A stretch of 64,000 nucleotides of DNA, from the IMG/VR virus record IMGVR_UViG_3300028454_001154. One strand, written 5' to 3'. The notes beneath the pieces were generated by a model, which ran no database searches, was not told the origin of the DNA, and saw nothing but the letters and a program-made list of their open reading frames with translations. Positions 28,102-35,189 of the stretch are shown piece after piece. Each line of letters opens with the position of its first letter. Position 1 is the stretch's first letter. The stretch is from an uncultured virus (IMG/VR IMGVR_UViG_3300028454_001154). Lineage: Duplodnaviria; Heunggongvirae; Uroviricota; Caudoviricetes. Position numbers and translations under genes: made by a program.

Positions 28102-29499
28102 ATGGCAAGAGCCATAAAGCCACAGCCGGGGCCTCAGACGGATATGCTCATGAGTCCCGCTGACATTATCATCTTTGGAGGAGCTGCAGGAGGAGGGAAG
28201 ACCTTCAGTTTACTGCTGGCCCCACTCCGGTATAAGAACGTCCCCGGTTTTGGCTGTACGATATTCAGAAAGAACTTCAACCAGATATTTGCCCAAGGCG
28301 GCTTATGGGATGAGTCACTTAAGATATATCAGGGCATGAGAGGAGCAAGGCCGCGGTACTCTGTTGGAGCATGGCAATTCAGCGACTCCGAAGGAAGGCC
28401 GCTCTCTGCTGTTAAGTTTGCCCATATTGAGAAGGATGATGAAGTCCACAAGTGGCAGGGCTCTCAGATCTGCGAAATCGGATTTGACGAGCTGACACAC
28501 TTTAGCGAGAAGACTTTCTTCTATATGCTTTCTCGTAATCGTTCTACTTGTGGCATCAAGCCGCATGTTATAGCAACCTGCAACCCTGACGCAGATAGCT
28601 GGGTGGCAAAGTTCATTGAATGGTGGATCGATCAGGACACGGGATATCCCATCCCAGAGAGAAGCGGGAAGCTCCGTTTTTTCATAAGAAGAGACGAAAA
28701 GCTCTACTGGGCAAGTACGAGGCAGGAGCTTTGGAAGAAGTTTGACCTTACCACAGAAGAAGAGAAGGCAGAGCCGAAGTCTGTCACCTTCATTATGTCA
28801 CGTCTGGAAGACAACAAAGAACTGCTGCGTGTCAACCCTCAATACCTCGCCAACCTGAAGGCCATGTCTCAGGTTGAGCGTGAACGCTTATTGTACGGGA
28901 ACTGGAAGATCAAAGCTGCTGCGGGAATGTTTTTCAAACGTTCTCAGGTAGAGATGATCGATGTTGTTCCGAAGGACATTCAGATGACGTGCCGGGCATG
29001 GGATATCGCGGCTACCGAAGATAAGGAGAGCAATGGAGATCCCGACTATACGTCTGGTGTCTTAATGGGAATCCGTAAGGATCAGACTGTAGTAGTTATG
29101 GATGTCATCAACCAACGCATCAAAGCCGGAGAAGTAGAAAAGCTCATCTACAATACGGCGGTGTCCGATCGAGCGAAGTACGGCTTCAAGTACAGAATCC
29201 ATATACCGCAGGATCCCGGTGCTGCAGGCAAGATCGTTGCCCAGAATTATGCCAAAAAGTTGGCCGGATTCCCTGTCACTGTCACAGGAGTTTCCGGTAG
29301 CAAGGAACTCAGGGCCACCCCGTTCGCAGCCCACTGGCAGAACGGGAATGTGTATGTCCTTGCCGCAGATTGGAATGATGTGTACTTTGCACAGCTTGAA
29401 TCATTCCCGGAGTCCAAGCACGATGACATGGTCGACGCAAGCTCAGATTCGTTTACTGAGCTGACTACTTCCAAGTTCAATATCCGCAACCTGATATAA
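28102..29499 (+). CDS. terL: Terminase large subunit
   Basis: PQPGPQ, GGAAGGGKT, FDELTHF, ATCNP, RAWDIAAT, HDDMVDA nuclease motif. Confidence 0.95.
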   Translation: MARAIKPQPGPQTDMLMSPADIIIFGGAAGGGKTFSLLLAPLRYKNVPGFGCTIFRKNFNQIFAQGGLWDESLKIYQGMRGARPRYSVGAWQFSDSEGRPLSAVKFAHIEKDDEVHKWQGSQICEIGFDELTHFSEKTFFYMLSRNRSTCGIKPHVIATCNPDADSWVAKFIEWWIDQDTGYPIPERSGKLRFFIRRDEKLYWASTRQELWKKFDLTTEEEKAEPKSVTFIMSRLEDNKELLRVNPQYLANLKAMSQVERERLLYGNWKIKAAAGMFFKRSQVEMIDVVPKDIQMTCRAWDIAATEDKESNGDPDYTSGVLMGIRKDQTVVVMDVINQRIKAGEVEKLIYNTAVSDRAKYGFKYRIHIPQDPGAAGKIVAQNYAKKLAGFPVTVTGVSGSKELRATPFAAHWQNGNVYVLAADWNDVYFAQLESFPESKHDDMVDASSDSFTELTTSKFNIRNLI

Positions 29500-29512
29500 A
29501 GAAAGTCCACTG

Positions 29513-29587
29513 TGGGGTGTCGCCAAGCGGTGAAGGCATGGGACTTTGACTTCCATATCGCAGGTTCGATTCCTGCCACCCCAGCCA
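29513..29587 (+). tRNA. tRNA-Gln(UUG)
   Basis: Acceptor TGGGGTG/CACCCCA, anticodon loop CTTTGAC, T arm GCAGG-TTCGATT-CCTGC, encoded CCA. Confidence 0.92.
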
Positions 29588-29588
29588 T

Positions 29589-29663
29589 GCTCGGGTAGCT
29601 CAATGGTTAGAGCGGGCGCCTTTTAAGCGCTTGATGATAGTTCGATTCTGTCCCCGAGCACCA
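29589..29663 (+). tRNA. tRNA-Lys(UUU)
   Basis: Acceptor GCTCGGG/CCCGAGC, anticodon loop CTTTTAA, T loop TTCGATT, encoded CCA. Confidence 0.88.
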
Positions 29664-29740
29664 TTCATGGCTTGTAACCGACTTTATACTTGACACCCCG
29701 GTAGGGTGTGTTACGATAAAAGTATAAGGAGGTATTTACC

Positions 29741-30673
29741 ATGAAAACCAATTACAACAAAATCTTAACAAACCCCAACATCAAACATTACAACTACATC
29801 ATGGACTCCAGCAGGAGGTTTCACTACTACGGGGAGGAGGGTAACTTTACTTTGCTGGCGCCTCTTTTCCAATCCTTCAACACGGATTTATTGTGGACCC
29901 TTATCACCAGCTGGGCGGACCCCAATAATCAGGGAATCCTCAAGGAGGAGCTGGAGAAGGCGGAAAATGGGGAGATGATGGATCGGAATATTTTTGAGAC
30001 GGCGGATTACATCAACTATACTATTCTTCAAATCCAATACACCACCCCAACCATTTTAGTGGTGGATCAGGAAACTGGAGCCATCAACAAAAAAATTGAC
30101 CTCACTCCAAACAACTTGGAAAAAACTATCGAGGAAATCTTCCCGGAGATTTACTCTATCAATCAACCTCAATTCATCTTTTCTTTCCCCTATCCGGACC
30201 CTTCCCCATTTGATTCTTCCACTGAGGACCCTTCCCCGAGAGGGGAGGAGTCCTCTCAGGAGGAAGAAGATGATGAAAAAGATTACTTGGTATTCGGAGG
30301 CTTCTTCCCGGAATCCAAGAGAAACCCGGGTGTGACTTATACAAAAGGAGATGTCCGGGAACACCATCCACCTTTTCAGGGAGTCTGGTCGGACCATCAG
30401 TTGAACCCATTCAAAACAGGATGGATCATTGACATGGATACCCGGAAGGTGCTGGATATTTTCTACGGAATCTGTAATGACTTCAATGAATGGTTTCTCT
30501 CTTATGTTTGGCAGGGTAAGCGGTTTGAAGTTTACATCGATCGCCACAAAGAAAATGAGCCGCCTTTCAAAGCGGATTATGTTGGAGCATTTATCAATCA
30601 TGATTCCGTCTATTTCTATTGCGACAATGGTTGCTGGACTATCGAAGATACACCAAATAGAATAAGTGCTTAA
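29741..30673 (+). CDS. Hypothetical moron protein inside the tRNA cluster
   Basis: Own promoter (TTGACA 29690, TACGAT 29712), AAGGAGG RBS and terminator at 30672-30696. No family recognised. Confidence 0.7.
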   Translation: MKTNYNKILTNPNIKHYNYIMDSSRRFHYYGEEGNFTLLAPLFQSFNTDLLWTLITSWADPNNQGILKEELEKAENGEMMDRNIFETADYINYTILQIQYTTPTILVVDQETGAINKKIDLTPNNLEKTIEEIFPEIYSINQPQFIFSFPYPDPSPFDSSTEDPSPRGEESSQEEEDDEKDYLVFGGFFPESKRNPGVTYTKGDVREHHPPFQGVWSDHQLNPFKTGWIIDMDTRKVLDIFYGICNDFNEWFLSYVWQGKRFEVYIDRHKENEPPFKADYVGAFINHDSVYFYCDNGCWTIEDTPNRISA

Positions 30674-30696
30674 AGCCTGCTAATGCAGGCTTTTTT
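30672..30696 (+). terminator. Rho-independent terminator
   Basis: AAAGCCTGC-TAAT-GCAGGC-TTTTTT. Confidence 0.85.
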
Positions 30697-30700
30697 ATAT

Positions 30701-30756
30701 GCCGATTGCTTGGTGAGCGTGTGTAGACATCCGGGTTCGATTCCCGGTTTCGGCCA
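30701..30756 (+). ncRNA. Miniature tRNA-like element
   Basis: GCCGA/TCGGC acceptor-like stem and perfect T arm CCGGG-TTCGATT-CCCGG. D and anticodon arms are shrunken. Confidence 0.55.
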
Positions 30757-30802
30757 CTGCCCGAAGGCCAAGGGCTGACGCCTCGGAAAGACGAGGGCAT
30801 GC

Positions 30803-30878
30803 GCTGGTGTAGCTCAGTTGGCAGAGCAGCTGATTTGTAATCAGCAGGTCGTGGGTCCGAATCCCACCGTCAGCTCCA
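30803..30878 (+). tRNA. tRNA-Thr(UGU)
   Basis: GCTGA-TTTGTAA-TCAGC anticodon arm, canonical D arm, CCA. T loop is TCCGAAT. Confidence 0.9.
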
Positions 30879-30924
30879 ACAGTATTGACAATGTATGCTT
30901 TTACTGTAAAATGAGGATTAGCAA

Positions 30925-31683
30925 ATGAACTATTATCAATTGCTGCAGCGAGAAGTCAGAAAACGCCTCAGGCGTGATGCCGACATCCCTGATGATGAAA
31001 TCATCTTCAGAACAGCGGAAAACGGCAAGGTGTATGCCATCAATCAGGCCACCGGGGAAACGAGCGGCCTTGGGCCAGAGTTGGATAAATCCCAAAACGG
31101 GAATGGCAAAAGCGCAGGGCATGTTTCTGACGAAACGAGAAAGGCTGCGGAAGCTCATGGAATAGACATAGATGAAACCGTTCGGAGTCCAGAAAAAGAC
31201 TCCGACTGGACTTTTATCAATCCGAGAGTCGGAACAAGCGATGAGTTCGATAACAATTGTGCCCACTGCGCTGTTTGCTTTGAACTCCGAAGACGCGGGA
31301 TGGACGTTACGGCTGCCCCGATCGACGGGATGCACCAGCGAGAACTTGCGAAGAAGTTCAAAGGCTTCAAGTGGGAATCGCTTACAGCTAAGCGAAAAAA
31401 GTCCTCCAAGGCTGAACTGGACCAAGCCCTATCTAAACTCGGAGACGGCGCCAGAGGAATTGTCTATGTTTGGTGGGACGGTAAAAGTTGGGGACACTTT
31501 TTCAACTTTGAAGTAGTTGGAGGAACTGCACGCTACTTTGATGGGCAGGAAGATGCCAGAGATGTGGAAGCAGCATTTACTATGTGTCGTCCTTCTAAGA
31601 CTCAGTACGCGAGGACGGACAACCTTGAGTTGAATGAAGATACATTTTCTTGCGTGGAGAACAGAAAGAAGGGACGGTCATGA
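30925..31683 (+). CDS. Papain-fold toxin (Tox-PL / glutamine deamidase-like) with RRD-ENG leader module
   Basis: NNCAHC...ELRRRG.DV.A, GHFFN, YFDGQ give a Cys-His-Asp triad pattern. Confidence 0.75.
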   Translation: MNYYQLLQREVRKRLRRDADIPDDEIIFRTAENGKVYAINQATGETSGLGPELDKSQNGNGKSAGHVSDETRKAAEAHGIDIDETVRSPEKDSDWTFINPRVGTSDEFDNNCAHCAVCFELRRRGMDVTAAPIDGMHQRELAKKFKGFKWESLTAKRKKSSKAELDQALSKLGDGARGIVYVWWDGKSWGHFFNFEVVGGTARYFDGQEDARDVEAAFTMCRPSKTQYARTDNLELNEDTFSCVENRKKGRS

Positions 31684-31895
31684 TAAGCAAAGAAAAGGCT
31701 CTTGATATCGCGAAAAACAAGCGAACTGGCATCAAGCTCATCGATTCCTTTGAAGCGGGCCGTTGCTGGGCGTTTGTATTTGCTCCGGAAGATTGGGACG
31801 GAACAGATGGAATCGGAACTGCACCCACCTTCGTCGATAAAGAAACGGGCGATATTGTTCACATGAGCATGACCGAATACCTCAAATACCTTTAA
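31680..31895 (+). CDS. Small protein, candidate immunity for the papain-fold toxin
   Basis: 71 aa, ATGA-coupled. MIS.E.A..IA...W.F...FVDKETG pattern. Confidence 0.6.
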   Translation: MISKEKALDIAKNKRTGIKLIDSFEAGRCWAFVFAPEDWDGTDGIGTAPTFVDKETGDIVHMSMTEYLKYL

Positions 31896-31905
31896 GAAGA
31901 AAGCG

Positions 31906-31933
31906 ACGACCTTGTATAAGCAAGGTCGTTTTT
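31906..31933 (+). terminator. Rho-independent terminator
   Basis: ACGACCTTG-TATAAG-CAAGGTCGT-TTTT. Confidence 0.8.
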
Positions 31934-31937
31934 ATAT

Positions 31938-31984
31938 GCCGATGACATTGCTTATAGCAGGTTCACGTCCTGCCATCGGCACAA
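31938..31984 (+). ncRNA. tRNA minihelix-like element (acceptor and T arm only)
   Basis: Perfect 7-bp GCCGATG/CATCGGC, 12-nt connector, GCAGG-TTCACGT-CCTGC, ending ACAA. Confidence 0.55.
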
Positions 31985-32053
31985 AGGGGTTGCCCCCATG
32001 GTTTTGCCTGCCCACGAGGGATGAAACAGTTTGAAAATGTCTCGTGGCCTCCT

Positions 32054-32127
32054 GCGGGTGTAGTTTAACGGAAGAACATCAGACCTCCAATCTGATCGTC
32101 GGGGTTCGATTCCTCGTATCCGCTCCA
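32054..32127 (+). tRNA. tRNA-Gly(UCC), with C at position 33
   Basis: GCGGGTG/TATCCGC acceptor, TCAGA-CCTCCAA-TCTGA anticodon arm, T loop TTCGATT, TCCA end. Confidence 0.85.
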
Positions 32128-32460
32128 ACACCGGGAAGGGAATGCCATGATCGGAATGATCTTGCACCCGGTTTACCAAAAATGCAAACGATGGCTGTAT
32201 CGGGGTGATTATTATGCCGGGGATTGCCCAAAGGCATGGGCAGCAAATCATGACTGCTGGTAACGAACAGCCTGCCAGCATCAGAGGCTTGCACGGTGTT
32301 GCGCTGCATCGTCTATAGAGATCCGCCAGCGTGTATGAATCAGAGGCGTGGATGACTGGAGAGGCATCGGCAGAGCGAATGCTCTCGGCCGAGGGTATGA
32401 TTCATACGGACGGATCGGCAATAATGGTTCAGGAGCATCTTGCTGATGCTCCTTTTACTT
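32128..32460 (+). ncRNA. Candidate structured non-coding RNA
   Basis: Several nested helices and no convincing ORF (see findings). Confidence 0.45.
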
Positions 32461-32503
32461 TTCCAACAAAGGATCTGCATAGCGGGAGGATGATGAAAGT
32501 AAT

Positions 32504-34840
32504 ATGGCCGATAAGAATGCTTCGCGGCTGAAACAGATCGACAGATACAATCACTTGATTGAGCGGGAAATGGGCGTCACAGTAGTTCGCCCTTTCAGAC
32601 AAGATGGATACATCAACCTCGTAAACCGCTATGGCACTTCGAAGGATATCAATGAACATTATCGGTTCATGCCAGAGCCGGATGTTCCGGATGAAGTGAT
32701 TTCGCGATTCTACGAAGGCAACGGTTTGTTCGCGAAGATCATCGATGCCCCCGCAGAAGAAGCCGTCAAGCATGGCTTTGAACTGGAGGATGTCACTGAC
32801 AGCAGACTCGTTACCTTCTACAGCGAAGCACTGGACGAGCTGGATTGGGAAGAAACTGCTATGACGGCTGTCAAGTGGGCCAGATTGTTCGGCGGCTCCA
32901 TTGCTGTCATGCTCATCAACGATGGCAGAGGACTGGAAGAACCGCTTGACTGGAGGAACATCAAGTCCATTGATGATATCCGGGTCTTCGACAGGTCGCT
33001 TATCAGTCCTGATTACCAAAGCCTGTACAACTACGAAGGCTTCGACCCGTTCCGGACAAGAGGCTCCCGCCTTGGTATGCCCGAGACCTTTCAGGTTTCC
33101 AGCATGTATGGAACCTTTGTAGTCCATGAAAGCCGCTGTCTTGTTTTCCAAAACGGCATTCTCCCTGAAAACACGGAAAGAAGCGAGTATCAGGTCTGGG
33201 GCGTTCCCGAGTATATCCGCATCCATCGGGCTGTCCGTGATGCCGAGATCGCTCACGGCAATGCACCAAAGTTGCTTGAACGATCCGTCCAGCCTGTCTA
33301 CAAAATGAAGGATCTGTCAGCGGAGCTTTCTACAGAGCAAGGCGAGAACTTCCTTCTTCGCAGGCTGCAGGCCATCGACGCGGCGCGTGGCTTAATGAAC
33401 AGCATAGTCGTGGATGCCGAGGGCGAGGATTACCATTTCGAGCAATTCAGCTTTAGCGGGATCAACGATGTATTGGCAGCTTCCTGCAACATGCTTTCCG
33501 CCGTAACGAATATTCCTCAGACCATCCTGTTCGGTCAGCCTGTCGGAGGTCTCAGCTCCACGGATGATACGGCGATGGAGAACTACTACAACTACGTCGA
33601 GCGCATTCAGAAACGAATGCTTCGAAGCAATCTTAGATATCTGCTGTCTGTCATTTTCCAAGCTGGTGTTCGCACTGGTGAGGTTGATGAAGTTCCCAAG
33701 ATCAAGGTTAAGTTCAATCCGCTGTGGTCGCTTTCTGATGCAGAGCAGGCGTCCCTTGAACAGCAGAAGGCTCAGGTCCAGCAGACCAAAGCTCAGACAG
33801 CTCAGATTTATGTTGGCATGCAAGCCATCGATCCTACCGAGGTTCGCAAGAAGCTGGCTGATTCTGAAGAGTTTGACGTTGAGAATATGCTCGACGAGTA
33901 CGACGATGAAGACCTGTTTGGCGAGGAGATCCCGGAAGAGCTGTCCTATCTTAGCGAGGAAGACCAGCAGAAGGCTCTCGAACTGTACGGCAGTTATGGC
34001 GGAGCCCATCCTCCTCAGCCGCAAGCGCAAGGAGAAGGCGGCGAACAACCGGGCATGGATCCTGCAGCAGGGATGATTCCTCAAATGCCAGGCGTTGCGG
34101 AAGCACCCAAAAACACCGATCCAGGCACAGAAGGCTCTGCATCTCCTGCGGCTCCAGCAGCTACGAAGCTCCCTCAGGATATGAGCCCGGAAGAACTCGC
34201 AAATCTTAATAAAGCCCCCAGAATGGGAGAAAGCGAGGAAAAGGATAAACTACCTTCCGAATCAGAAAACAAGGATTCTGAGGCTTTTTCTGCGATTTCC
34301 AATTCAGGCGAGGACAAAAAAACTATTGACATTGCTTCCGTTCATGATATCGTATCCTTAAAGGATTACATCCTCCAGTTTCAAAGCGACGAAACCATGC
34401 ATGCCGATTTCGGAAGAAAGGGCATGAAATGGGGCCAGCATATCTTTGGCAATGAATCCGAGACGAGCAAAGCCAATAGAAAAGACCTGATGGCAAAGCT
34501 CAATAACGGAACTTTGTCTTATAAGATGAGTGCGTCAAGGCAAAACCGCCACAGAAAGGGAACACCCGAAAATGCCAAGGCAGCCGCAGCGGGATCAATA
34601 AAGTCCGTCGTTACTATTGGCGATGCAGAACTGAAACGCATTGTCAACAATCACGAAGGTAGCTTGCGGGTAGTTAAAAAGAGTGACGGCAGCTATCGGG
34701 AGTTTTTCCGCGCCGAAAAGAATATCGGAATAGCTGTCGGCAAAAGCGGTAAAGGATCGCTCACGGTATATGGATGTATCTTCTACAGCCGATACGGCTG
34801 GCATGTAGTTCCTGTGTTGGAGGAAGAGATATATGGATAA
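32504..34840 (+). CDS. DUF1073-type portal protein fused to a C-terminal Ntox50-like RNase toxin domain
   Basis: Portal motifs KIIDAPAEEA, WARLFGGS, IPQTILFGQ, NYYNYV, FNPLW. After an acidic linker: QNRH..G...IG......T....IFYSRYGWHVVP. Confidence 0.85.
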   Translation: MADKNASRLKQIDRYNHLIEREMGVTVVRPFRQDGYINLVNRYGTSKDINEHYRFMPEPDVPDEVISRFYEGNGLFAKIIDAPAEEAVKHGFELEDVTDSRLVTFYSEALDELDWEETAMTAVKWARLFGGSIAVMLINDGRGLEEPLDWRNIKSIDDIRVFDRSLISPDYQSLYNYEGFDPFRTRGSRLGMPETFQVSSMYGTFVVHESRCLVFQNGILPENTERSEYQVWGVPEYIRIHRAVRDAEIAHGNAPKLLERSVQPVYKMKDLSAELSTEQGENFLLRRLQAIDAARGLMNSIVVDAEGEDYHFEQFSFSGINDVLAASCNMLSAVTNIPQTILFGQPVGGLSSTDDTAMENYYNYVERIQKRMLRSNLRYLLSVIFQAGVRTGEVDEVPKIKVKFNPLWSLSDAEQASLEQQKAQVQQTKAQTAQIYVGMQAIDPTEVRKKLADSEEFDVENMLDEYDDEDLFGEEIPEELSYLSEEDQQKALELYGSYGGAHPPQPQAQGEGGEQPGMDPAAGMIPQMPGVAEAPKNTDPGTEGSASPAAPAATKLPQDMSPEELANLNKAPRMGESEEKDKLPSESENKDSEAFSAISNSGEDKKTIDIASVHDIVSLKDYILQFQSDETMHADFGRKGMKWGQHIFGNESETSKANRKDLMAKLNNGTLSYKMSASRQNRHRKGTPENAKAAAAGSIKSVVTIGDAELKRIVNNHEGSLRVVKKSDGSYREFFRAEKNIGIAVGKSGKGSLTVYGCIFYSRYGWHVVPVLEEEIYG

Positions 34841-35084
34841 AAGCAAGGTTGATCTCATGAGAGAGAGTCTCGGAGAGATTGTCAGGTTGCGAGATACTGA
34901 AGGACATGTCGTTACTGGCAGATGTGTCATGTTCTCAACGGCTGAAGACAATGATCTTGATGATACGGGCAACGCTGAGGCATCGATAGCATTGTTTTGG
35001 AGAGAAAACGGCAATTTTAACGCAGATGACTTCGACGAAAGCCAAATCCTTTCTATCGAGATCTTGCCAGAAAAGAATCAGTAA
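34833..35084 (+). CDS. Candidate immunity protein for the portal-fused toxin
   Basis: 83 aa, acidic, overlaps the portal stop. G..V......G....G...EDND...ESQILSIEIL pattern. Confidence 0.65.
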   Translation: MDKSKVDLMRESLGEIVRLRDTEGHVVTGRCVMFSTAEDNDLDDTGNAEASIALFWRENGNFNADDFDESQILSIEILPEKNQ

Positions 35085-35189
35085 CCCTGATATAAAAGAC
35101 CCGAGAATCGGCCTATTTGATTTATTATCGTAATCAACGGAGTTGCTTAATGCAGCTCCGTTTTCTTATACCAAAAAGGCGGTGTTGTA

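Noticed and set aside
30701..30800. tmRNA 3' end or tRNA-associated HDV-like ribozyme
   Set aside because: No tmRNA 5' domain or tag frame is present. I could not build an HDV-like double pseudoknot from the two hairpins at 30759-30798.
32504..33900. Anti-CBASS Acb1 label sometimes attached to DUF1073 proteins
   Set aside because: Position after terL and the motifs indicate a portal. I see no paired HxT 2H-phosphoesterase motifs in the extension.
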